Source: a virus (lineage: Duplodnaviria; Caudoviricetes). From it: a stretch of 64,000 nt of DNA. This document shows, one piece after another, positions 36,617 through 48,200 of the stretch. The position numbers and the translations under genes are program-made. The notes below the pieces were generated by a model. It had not been told where the DNA came from, did no database searches, and saw only the letters and a list, made by a program, of their open reading frames with translations. Within the stretch, counting starts at the first letter, position 1; every line of letters begins with the position of its first letter. The stretch lies in IMG/VR virus record IMGVR_UViG_3300022074_005559; one strand, written 5' to 3'.

Positions 36617-37279
36617 TTATATACTGCTCAAGTTAGTCAAAGTTTGGATTCTAACTGTATAATCAATCTGTATAAGTCTGTTAAGACTTTTTTGTACCGG
36701 GTGAAATACAACATGTGTTAGTAGTTTGCCCGTGTTAACTGTGCCTGTCCATGAACGTAAGCCCAGTTCGTCGAATGTGTATGTGTCGTTGAAGTTACTA
36801 GTGTTGTCAAACGCCGCTTGGCTGTTTGGCTCACCGTAATCAAGCAAACAACTTACAACAATATCTGTGTAAATCTCACCTGCAGTATGACTTACTGTAA
36901 GTTTGTTTCTAGCAGTGTCTGTGTTCAAACTACTGTTATCATCTACAACTTTATAGTATGTTTGGTTGTAAAGGTTAGCGTTTGCTCCGCTGCTGTTTGC
37001 AGGTAGATATGTAATAACACCTGTTGGGTCAACACTTGTGCCGCCATTACCAAATGCCATTTCATGTATAAACCCGTTTGTTTTATTTGCTACGCTGAGT
37101 GCAAGTGCTTCACTCATGTTTTCGTAGTGAATTGCATTGCGCTTGTTTACATAATCTTCACCTGTCTCTGGATCAAAAATACGAATATGACCTTCCATCA
37201 TAACGCCACTAGTATCTTTAATAGCACTTTCAGGCTGTTGTGGTTGTTCAATATCTTTTTTCATGTCTTTCTTTTCCAT
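36617..37279 (-). CDS. conserved virion structural protein
   Basis: EGHIRIFDP, KRNAIHYENMS, FDELGL and LLTHVVFHPVQKSLNR.IQIDYT.R, as recalled from jumbo myovirus baseplate regions. Confidence 0.75.
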   Translation of the reverse strand: MEKKDMKKDIEQPQQPESAIKDTSGVMMEGHIRIFDPETGEDYVNKRNAIHYENMSEALALSVANKTNGFIHEMAFGNGGTSVDPTGVITYLPANSSGANANLYNQTYYKVVDDNSSLNTDTARNKLTVSHTAGEIYTDIVVSCLLDYGEPNSQAAFDNTSNFNDTYTFDELGLRSWTGTVNTGKLLTHVVFHPVQKSLNRLIQIDYTVRIQTLTNLSSI

Positions 37280-37282
37280 AGT

Positions 37283-39232
37283 TTATACCTTAAGTAAACA
37301 TTCTACACTCTTTTCGTCTAAATCGCTATTTGTTTCTAATGCGATTCCAACGATTGGACCTTGTCCGTTTGCACTTGCTTTGCCGTGGTATGTTGCAAAT
37401 ACTGCCTCACCCTTATTTATGGACCCTACAACACGCACTGGTACACGACCTACTAGGGCAACTGCTTCGCCGTCTACTGCACTGTTCATCAAGTATGCTG
37501 GTGCAGTTGAGATAACACCTGCTAGATATTGTGCATCCGGTCCTGCTGTAGTAATCTCTGCTTCGCCGCCAACTACAACTACTGTACCTGGTACTAGTTC
37601 TTTATCTGCTACATAAATCTCTGCCAAGTCAGCATACTGTGCGCTTGTTGCTATACCTTGAAACTCTGTTGCACTTACGTTGCCTATTACAGCAACTTTA
37701 CCTGTGCCTGCAGGATCTAGTACAATATCATCGTTGGTTCTACTGCTTGTTATGTTATTGTCAACAATAGTCAAACCATCTGTGGTAAATGTGTCAGCGT
37801 CTATAGTGCCACTACTTGTTAAACTTGTAAGCGTACCAACACTGGTAATATTTGCTTGTGCCGCTGTTTGTAGTGTGCCTGCTACACTTGTTGCTTCTAG
37901 TGTGTGCAACTGTAGTGTGCTTGCACTTGCGCCACTGATGTCCATTGTAATGTTGCCAGTGTCTGCGGCTGTGTTTGTTGTAGTACCTACTACAAACTTA
38001 TCAGTACTTTCATCAAAAATGATTGCAGCGTTTGCACCTGTAGTGCCACGCTCCATAATCAAGCCTAGATCGTTTGTGTTAGGATTAGCACCTAAACTGT
38101 TTTGCAATCCAATCAGTGCATCGTCCACTTGTAGTGTCGCAGTGTTTATTGTAGTGGTTGTTCCGCTAACTGTCAAGTTTCCTGTAACAGTAAAATCACC
38201 CCCAGCAGTAAGATCTCCTGCCACATCTACGTTTGTTGGCAAACCAATACTTACTTGGTTGTCGGTTACTGTTGTTTCTACTTCGTTTGCTGTGCCTGCA
38301 AATGTCAATGTGTCTGAACCAACAGTTACGTTGTCAGTTGCACTACCGTCGCTGATTGTTAGCGTTGTACTTAAACTACTTACTTCGCCATCCACATATG
38401 CTTTTGTTGCGGCATCTGTACCAGAGACTGGAGTGCCTAGTCCTGTAACTTTGTTTGTACCCATTGCAAGATTGCCACTCATTGTGCCGCCTGCGTCTGC
38501 AACAAAGTTAGTGTCTACATAGTTTTTAGTGGCTGCATCTTGTGCGCCACTTGGATCACTTACACTAACAATGCGCTGTGTGCCCATGTTAAGAGCGCCG
38601 CTCATAGTACCGCCTGCTAGTGGCAAGAAGTCATCAACATAGTTTTTAGTAGCGGCATCTTGTGCGTTGGTTGGATCTACAACATTAATAATCTTTTGTG
38701 TGTTATTATTAACATCTGCACTTGGAGCAAATGTAAGGGTAATATCATTTGTGTTCTCTGTAGCAACAATAGGTGCTGTGCCAATAATGCGTCTAAACTG
38801 TAGATCCTGTCCAACTTTACTGCTGAACACTTGTGCGCCAGTTGACCCCAGATTGTTACCATTGTTTGCTTCACCGCCGCCTAATCCAGGAGGTGCAGCA
38901 CTAACCCAACTATCCCCATCCCATGTTAACACATGGTTAGTAGTTGGTGTACCGCTGTAGTCAACGTTGCTTAAATCTGTAATATCTGCGGCTGCAATAC
39001 GAGCATCTGCTCTAGTATTTGTGTAGTAAAGGTTGGTGCTGCCCTCGCCAATATCATCGGTATCAAGTGTTACTGCTCCACTACTTGGTGTGTTACTATT
39101 AATGCTCTTGACAACGCTATTGTCCAGTGTGCTTTTATTTGCTGTTACACGAGTGTCTAGATCGGTAAAGTTTCCATCTAGTTCTGCATGTGTAAGCGCC
39201 TGGCTCTTATTGCCTCTAAGTGTTATTGCCAT
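37283..39232 (-). CDS. tail fibre protein with DAATKxYVD repeats and C-terminal chaperone domain
   Basis: LTHAELDGNF start, three DAATK(N/A)YVD repeats, C-terminal AQYADLAE...GRVPVRV. Confidence 0.85.
   Translation of the reverse strand: MAITLRGNKSQALTHAELDGNFTDLDTRVTANKSTLDNSVVKSINSNTPSSGAVTLDTDDIGEGSTNLYYTNTRADARIAAADITDLSNVDYSGTPTTNHVLTWDGDSWVSAAPPGLGGGEANNGNNLGSTGAQVFSSKVGQDLQFRRIIGTAPIVATENTNDITLTFAPSADVNNNTQKIINVVDPTNAQDAATKNYVDDFLPLAGGTMSGALNMGTQRIVSVSDPSGAQDAATKNYVDTNFVADAGGTMSGNLAMGTNKVTGLGTPVSGTDAATKAYVDGEVSSLSTTLTISDGSATDNVTVGSDTLTFAGTANEVETTVTDNQVSIGLPTNVDVAGDLTAGGDFTVTGNLTVSGTTTTINTATLQVDDALIGLQNSLGANPNTNDLGLIMERGTTGANAAIIFDESTDKFVVGTTTNTAADTGNITMDISGASASTLQLHTLEATSVAGTLQTAAQANITSVGTLTSLTSSGTIDADTFTTDGLTIVDNNITSSRTNDDIVLDPAGTGKVAVIGNVSATEFQGIATSAQYADLAEIYVADKELVPGTVVVVGGEAEITTAGPDAQYLAGVISTAPAYLMNSAVDGEAVALVGRVPVRVVGSINKGEAVFATYHGKASANGQGPIVGIALETNSDLDEKSVECLLKV
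38385..38665 (-). repeat. three protein-level repeats DAATK(N/A)YVD...GGTMSG
   Basis: QDAATKNYVDDF, QDAATKNYVDTN and TDAATKAYVDGE, spaced about 40 aa apart. Confidence 0.85.
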
Positions 39233-39253
39233 TCTTTAAACTCCGCGATGTTA

Positions 39254-39260
39254 TATTTAT
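39254..39260 (-). promoter_or_regulatory. late promoter ATAAATA
   Basis: Minus-strand GATAAATA, followed by a GGAG RBS and ATG 39232. Confidence 0.55.
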
Positions 39261-39266
39261 CGTTCA

Positions 39267-42200
39267 TTATAAGAGCTCTTCTACATAATCATCTTCTACA
39301 TAGTCTGCTACCATGTAAAGTTTTTCATTAAGTTCAAGTCTATAGTTAGGTACTTGTGCTTCTTTCTCTCTCAAGAAGTTTGCATTTGTAGTTGTGCTTT
39401 GTTGTAGTCCAAGCCCATCTGCGGCTGTGCTTTCACCTAAGTCATACCATGTCTTAGTGTGTGTATTATTGTCAGGCAAGTATTGATCTCTACTACCATC
39501 AACAACTAAAAACCCTGGGGCAATGCTAGTGTAGATTTGTGTACCTGCTGTACCTCGACGCAATCCACTTATATAGTTGTCATCTCTGCTTACCACTGTA
39601 TATGTTACACGTTCGTTGCCAATAAACACAACACCTGGATGTTCACTACTAGCAGTAACAAAAGGCAGTTTACTTACATCGTCTACATAAATCTTAGTGT
39701 CGCCTTTATCCACTGTTTCTGTAGTGAATGTGGTTGCATCTTTTGCAAGTCTTAGATATTCAACTTCGCCATTCATGTCTTGGAAGATTCTAAAGCCTGT
39801 GCTTGGCTGGATTCTATTTTCACTGATGTGTGTAATGACTACAACACTTGTGCCGTCAATGGCATCACGCTGTGCAGTACTCATAATCAAATCTGTACCA
39901 CTTACTTCATAGTCTCCAGGGTGCAGTCTGACGCCATCTACAGTTACCCAGAAGTTATTAACATTAGTAACAGTTCTATCAAGACTATATGTACCTGTAA
40001 TACCTGTAGTTGATTCTCTATCAAATCCTCCACTATCAAACAAAACTTCATCAAAAGCATCTTCAGTAACAATACTTCCTGTGCCTTTACCAACATGTAC
40101 TTTTGTTTGAATACGCACTGGATCATGATTTGCAAATGTTGTCACTCTTAATACACTACTGCTATTGAATGTAACATCACCAGCAATAGTAATCTGGTCG
40201 CCTGCGCCATCAATAAAGTATTCAGCGTCTGTTGTATTATAAACAATCACTGTATCACCATCTGCAGGTGCAGTGTTTAGTGTTACAAAATCATCACCGT
40301 TTACAATAGTATAATCTTGGTCTTTGATCATGTTTGTTGTTTGATTGTCGCTCTTTTTAATAAGTGCAACACCAAAGTTATTAAAGTTACCGATAGTGGT
40401 TTCACCACTAGTAGTACTAATAGCAAACTGGGTAGTACTGCCATCGCCTGTGTGATACTTACTGTTAGCAGGGCGTAGTCTAACACCATCTAAGTCTACA
40501 ACTACATTTGCACTAAACGGTTGTGCATAGTTGACTGTGTTATCAAGGTCATATGTGCTAGTGCCTGCTGTTAGGTTAACAGTTTGTAATGCTACTTTGC
40601 TTGGAGCATCTCTGCCTTCTGCTTGATTATACACAGTAACATGAATGTGTGCACCATTCACCGGTATGTTAGTTGCAGGAAACTTAATAACACTTCTAGC
40701 GTCTTGACTACCAACTGATATTGTAGTTTCTACACCGTCGACATATACTAAAGTTTGCTGAGTAACATCAGGAGTGTTTGCTAACACAAAGTTCGCTGTG
40801 CTGCCATCACCTGTAAATGTATATTCGCCTACAATCTTTTCACCAGTTACTCCATATGCATAAATGTGTAGAACATCTGTACCACTTAGTGGTGTGGCTA
40901 ATATAACATTTTTATTATTAAAGTCTATTGTAAAGTCATATACTCTTGTTGTATTTTTATAAACTAAAATGTATTCAAAATCATCAGCACTTTTTGCAGG
41001 ATCGCCATAACTGAATACTGATCTATCGCCATCTGTGTAACTGATGTAGTTTATTACAGGTGCATTGCCGTCTTTTTCATAGTCCTGACTTGCATGTGTG
41101 TATACTTCCATGTCCAGTGTATCGTAAACTCTGCCTGGAACTAGTTCTTCTGGAGCGTGACTGTTGTAAGTATCTACAAACTTACCGCCGTCTACATTAA
41201 TATCTTCTGGTCGTGTACCTAGTGCTAGATCCGTAAACAAACTACTGATGTTTGTATCAATCAATCCACCAAGCACTTCTAGTCCATCTTCGTCTGTTTC
41301 AAGTGCATCAAACGCTACAGTATCAAAGTTACCGCTATCAAAACCTGGATTTTGATCAAACCCTGCACCAAGAACTTTGTTACCTAAGTAACCTGTGCCT
41401 TTTTGTAGCAGTTCTAGATCATCACCGATCATGCCAGTTGTTGGATAATAATATGCAGCTATCCTGTCTGCTGTATTAGTAAAGTCAGCATCTGCTTTTA
41501 CTGTAAGCACTGTAATACCGCTGGCATTTTCAACACTGAATGTTGTGCCACTTGTAAATGTTTGTGCTACAGTATAAACTTCTTGAGTTTTAGTTTTTGT
41601 ATTTTGATATGCAACAATGTCACCTGCGGTGTATGCAGTGTTTGCTGCCCAGTCTTTGATGCTACTACTGTAGGTAATACGGTCAAACTTAATAGTTGTG
41701 TCAAAACTTCTTGTGGTAGAGTTTGTAAGTCTAGGGCTTACAATACATCCTGTGCCACTGCCTGTAATAGTAATCGTTGGATTTTGTGTATACCCACTGC
41801 CTTTGTTTGTAACAGTAATGCTTACAATAGTGTCTCCATTTGACTTTGCTGTAGCAACTGCTTGTATTCCGCCTGCAAGTTGAGGAGCACTTATTGTCAC
41901 TATTGGATCATCAATATATCCACTACCTGCATTTACAAGTACAATATCGTCTAGTCTATAACCATAGTTTTCGCCCCATGGCTTGTTAAGTCCTTGTGTA
42001 CGAGTAATCTCATCACCTGCATATTCACCACTTGGCTTACGGAAATATCCTAGGTCTTCATCATAGAAAGGATGAATATCAAAGTCTGTTGTATCGCCTT
42101 CAAAAGGATCTATCTTATCATATTTGCTGATATATTCACGGATCTTTGTTTTGTATGGTTTTACTTCTTCAATGAAATCTTCAATAAAGTTTGTGTTGTC

Positions 42201-45200
42201 GTACTTGAATGTATTGTACTGATCCAAACTACGGATTTTATGCGCTACACTTAGGAAACTAGTTTTGAAAATCCAATCCTGTGTAAATGTAGTTTCATTT
42301 AATGCATATTCCATAAGTCTAAAGAACAGTTCGTTCATGTTTGTTGCGAAAGTATCAATAAACAAATCTTCTTTGATTGCTTTGATTATTTGTCTAATCT
42401 CATCTGCAGGAATCTTATCATATGGTGCAAAGTCAAAACCGTCATTGTCAAATCCAGTTGCATGCAATGCAGTGCTCAAAGCAGCAAAACTATACAAACT
42501 TGCATTCAATGCAAGAGTTCCACGCTCAATAATAACTTCATCCCAGCCTGTGTCTTTCTTACAGAACATACTGAAGTTACCTTCGTCATTGCTGGTTACT
42601 TTTGCAATATCCCCCGTTACTGCTTGAGTAAGAGTTAGAAGATCTGCTTCCAGTGTGACTTGGTATTTTGGTACAGTAGTGCTATCGTATCCTGATGAGT
42701 AATAAGTTTTGTAACTCCAATAGTCTTGTGTATTATAACCTTGGATATTAGCAAGTAGCCAAGTCTTGTCACTTTGCAGTTCGTAGATTGTCCAATAATC
42801 ACTATTTGTGCTATCCTCAAGCACTAGTACTTTGTACCCTGTGCTTAATGTAGCAGTGTTTAAGAAATCTCTTTCTTCAATATTATCAACACTTATGTTG
42901 TACTCGCCACTGTTTACAGTTGGAATATTCTCACTGCTTAATAGTTTTGATAGGTCTGCGTTTCTTGCAAATGGTGCTGTAGCAAAAATACTATTACAAT
43001 ATTGTACTAAAACTTTTAATGCACTTGCACGATTTACAAACATGCCTTGACGTGGTTGTGTAAGCACACCGTACTTTTCTACTTCGCTTAGGAACGGATC
43101 AGGTACAATGTTGCCTACACTATCACTGCCTGCTAGACTGTCTACTAGTTTATTGTATATTCTAGTAGGTATACTTTGATCTATGTTGCCTCTGCCATAT
43201 AGTTCAAACTCACTATGTAGTACACCTTCGTTTTTAACTACATCATAGTTAACACTTAGCACAACATCTTTGTCTGCAAAATATTGTTTACAGTTAAACA
43301 ATGCTATAGCATCTGTGTCTAAAAATGCTGCATAAGGAAGACCTTGTGCTTTCGGATCCTCAATAAGTGCTTTTACACTGTCTGCACTCAATGTGCGGAA
43401 CCCTGCTTCTGCAGGTATACTAGTACGTCCACCTACCCAGAAGAACCAATGCTGTCTTGTGTGATTGTGTTTTGGATCATACACAATAGCAGTAGTAAAC
43501 TTGCTTAGATCTTTTACAAAACCTTCACCGTTATACTGATCCGGTGGTACATCACTCATCATCCATTCGTAGATGTCAATGCTGCTACCAGGAAATGATT
43601 GAGCCCAGTAGTTTGTACGGAAATCAATATTTCCCTGCTCAGCATTAAGATAATGCACAGTGCTTGTATCCCACCATAATCTATATTCTTGCTTGTAGTT
43701 CCAAATGTTGTTATCATACAAGCATGGATCATTATGACTAATATAGTCAAGTTCTGCTTTAGCTACACCAGCAATCTTGCCTTTTGCAGGATCAATATAA
43801 TCTAGGAATACACTGATTTCTCCTGACTTTTTATTGTAAAGTGCAACACGATTAATCTGATCTACATCAACTCTGTTGCCCTCACTGCGTAAAACCTGCC
43901 AACTTGCAGTACGCAGGTTGTTGTTAAACTCATAAACGCTGCCGCTATTTTGTAGATTGGTTGTGCCTCTGGTTGTATCATCACCTGGGCTACCAACAAA
44001 TACTCTATTGTCGCTGAATGCTACACTTGCACCAAACTGATCAATAGCATTGACGTTAGTGCTGGTTAACTGCTGTCCAAATACAAGTTTACTAGGATTA
44101 GTTGCGCTTTCATTGTAGGCATTCATTAGCTCGTAAATGTAAGCTGCGCCACTTTGTGTACGTCTATCTGTGAATGTTGTACCATTACCATCATATGTTG
44201 TAGTTGCCGACAAATAGTTCTCACTGTTACTGTTGTCCTCAACGTCAAATCCTACTGCTAGCATAGTACTAGCACGGTCACTGCTGATAACAAGATTGCG
44301 TGTACCAGGGAATGAATCTGTACCTACACCAATGTGCTTGTCAAATGCCAGTGCGTTACCAAAGTTTTCGTTTTCAAATCCTTGTGGATGATTAATCTTT
44401 TGTGTAAATGTGAACGGTGCAATGACTGTGTCTCTAATAAACATTTGACCAGTGCCACTAACAAGACGAAGTTTAGTTTCCAACTCATCGCTAGTGCTGG
44501 AAATCACTAAACTGCCTACACTGTTTACACTGGCTGTAACAAGCGGAATATTTGCATCGTTAATGTCTGCTTTAAGATCATTAGCATCTGAGCTTGTGTC
44601 TCCAACTACGACTTTGTATCCGTTAATATAGAGAATATCACCTGCAGTTTGCGTATGATTACTACTACCAGTTACTGAACCATAGTTTTTACCTGTATCT
44701 TGGAATACAAAAACACTGCCTGTGTTAGGATTAGTTTCATCTTCACCTGGGCTGCCGACAGCAACAATACCGCCTTTACTGTCAATGGCAATGCTGTGTC
44801 CAAAACGCTCGCCTTCTGTAATAGTGTCTCCGGCAGTGGTTTGAGTAAGTCTTTGCTTTTCTGTAAACGTACCGGTGCACACTTTAATACTACTTCCGTT
44901 AGTTGGTGTGAACTTAAATGTAATAGTGTTACCACTGCGTGTGTAGAATCCTTGTGTACTACCTTCGTTGTCTGTGCCGGTGTCTGTGTTATCTGTTTCA
45001 ACTTGCAATACACCATCTACTTCTACAAAAATCTTTGCTTGTAAATCGTTGCCTGTGGTGTATACTTTTGTACTGCCATTGCCTACAAAAGTTTCTACTA
45101 CCTGTGAAAATACATATGCTTCACCTGCTTCACCAAGCACAGTACTAGTTGTGTTCGGTACTGCGGCTTGCGGAGCACCAACTGCAACTGTTTCGCCAGT

Positions 45201-48200
45201 GTAGTCAGCATCTAAACTAAATCCAAAGTTGTCGCCTATTAGGCTATCGTGTCCTGAGAAACTTGAAACCTGTGCAAAATAATCTTGTTGTCTAACAACA
45301 ATATCTAATCCACTAGCAGGTGTGCTTGTGAATGTTATTTCATCGTGACTCAGTGTAAAGTCTTTGTTAGGCAAATATACTTTACCATTTTCGTCAACAA
45401 TGTTCAGTGCTTGTAAACTTTGCGGAACAAAGTCTAAACTGTAAGTTGCAGCACCTGTGGTAGAGATTGTAAAGCTCTTTTCTAAACTTGTTGGAATATC
45501 TACAAATGCATAAGCATATACTTTGTTTGCACCCGGAGCACTTGCAAATAGATATCTGCCATTACCTGTAAGCACTACTCTAGTACCAAACTTATCATTT
45601 ACAGTGATGTCACTTGGACGTATGCTTGGACGTCTGTTGAATGTGCCTGCACTGTCGATGTAATACAAGAATACAGCACCTGCATCACTTTGTGTTTCTG
45701 ATGCACCTACTGCAACATATTCATCGCCAGCAGCAACACTTGCGCCAAATCCATCTACACTATCACCAATAGTGGTTACTGTAACACTGTTGCTTTCTAA
45801 CAGTGTCCCGCCTTCACTGCGTACATAAGGAGTAATCAATCCTGTTCCATAGTTTGGTGCACCTACAACTGCAAGAGTAGAACCTTTGTTAACTGCTACA
45901 CTTGTGCCTAAGTTATCGTTAGCAGTAACACTTGCGTTTGTTTTTGTACCTGTTGTAGTCCATGGTCTGCTGTTTTGTAGTACACTCCAGTCGCCGTTGG
46001 TGTCTTTGTCTACCCAGACAAGTTCTTTGTTGTCCCAACCACTTACTGGTGTATAACTAGCCATGTCACTTGCTTGTGTAAATCTCACATTGCTAAGTTT
46101 GTACATTGGAAGTGAAACGTCTTGTATATCTGCATCAGTTGTAGCATCTGCAATAGTAAACTTATTAGGAGCATCTACACTGTAAATCTTTGCAACTTTT
46201 CCAATAGGCTGTTGTGCTCGAATAATAACATAATCATCTTTCACCAATCCATGATTGATGTCTGTTGTATACACAAGGTACCCGTTACCTGAACTTGCTA
46301 CACTGGTAACACTGCTTAACACTTCGTCTATTCTTCTAACAGCCCAAGTATTTGTTGTGTCTGTAGCAACCCAAATCTTTTTGCCTTTACCAAGTATTCC
46401 GATTTGACCGCTTAGTGATTCTAACTGATCACCACCGAAGGCAGTAAAGTCTACATCATCTAAACGTGCATATCCTGCACTGTCTAAATCCTTAAGTGTT
46501 ACACCGTTTGTACCACGTTTTGCAAATACATGACCTGTGTAGTTTTCTGGTGTCTTGTATAAATCTTTTCTTTGTACATGATAATGAGTAATATTATCAT
46601 CGGCAGGTAAGTCACCATCAGCATGGAAATGCAGTACAAATGGATTATTAGTTGCTTGTTCTTCAGGGATAATAGTTTCAATAACTTGGTTACTGCTGAT
46701 ACTGCCGTACTCGCCAACACGGAATGCCCACTCTTCAAAGAAGTCAATGGTCTGATCTAGGTTAGTAAGTTCTGCATCAATAAGTTTATTAATAGCAGTG
46801 CTTGTACCTTTTTGTTTAATCATGCCTTGATAGAACTTGACCTGACTTACATCATCTAGTCCTAGTCCTGCAAGATAGCTCTTATTGTTAAAGCCAATAA
46901 TACCCTTGCCTAGTTTATCTACACCATCTTCAAGGTTTAGATTATCTAGTTCAAAATAGTTTGTAAACTCGTTAGCCTTGTTGCTGAGATTTTTAACCAT
47001 GCCTGTCTGCATGTTGTCTGCAACTGTCCAGTCATTGTAATCAAATGTTTTACTACCTGCTACACTGTACTTTGCTACATAGGTTTTAGATTGGAAACTA
47101 ACTATATCACCTTTTTTGTAATCAGTGTAAGTTTCCCATATATTGATTTTATCTTCATTAATAAAGAAACCTGGAGCATGCATTGTGCCATTCCAGTCTC
47201 CACTCTTACTTCCAACAAGTTTAAGTCTACTGTGTCTGTTGCCTAGTTCAGGCTGATAAATGATATCATTAAAGATTGTTTTGTTATTGAACACAAGCAC
47301 ATGTTCGTATTGTACAGGATCTAACTGCACTGAATATAGTTGAGTTGCTTCTGGATCAATGTTAATAGTTGTAATATTGTCACTGCGAGTAACATCATAA
47401 TATTTTGGATTTATTGTAGCACTGTTGGCATCTTTAATATTGCCTTTGTTTACAATATCATCCACAGTGGTAAATGCTCTGTTAAGTGTAAGGTTTTCAC
47501 TGTATGGACTTATTACAATAACACTACCTTCTTGCCATTTTTGATCTGTCCAAAATGCAAACTCTTTTCCTGCACTAACAAAGTCATTCTTTTCACCTGT
47601 GCCTGTTGTACCATCGAATACAAATCCTCTACTAAGAAGATATCTCTGATATGCAACTAGGAAATCAAATACTTGCTGTCTTGCAGGAATAACAGTTCCA
47701 TATGGGACACTGATGATTTTGTTTTCGAACTCTGTATATTCAAAGTAAGTTGTCTCTCCAACTTGTATAACTTTAGGATCATTACCTCTTGCACTAGGTA
47801 TAACTTTAAAGAATGGATTTTCTGTATCGTAACCTTGTATTTCATAACCATCTGCTCTGCGAATAATCTGCACACCACTGTATACTACTCGTTCTAGAGG
47901 CAAACTTTTTTTCATATACAAAAACAAATCTTCATCTGGAATAAAGATATTTTCTGTTTCTGCACTTGGCGTAATACTTTCTGCAATGACTTTAAGATAT
48001 TTCTTATCACTAAAGCCTGCTAGTCCATAGCAAAGATTAAGTTCTAGGTTATTGATTTTTGTAATAGCATCGTCAATACTAAATCCAGTGCTTCTCAAAT
48101 ATTCTGCAATAAACTGATTATAACCTTCTACTCTTATAATGTCGCCATCGCCATCACTTTGTCCGTGCATTTTAAAATCAGCAATACCCGGTCTGTAACT

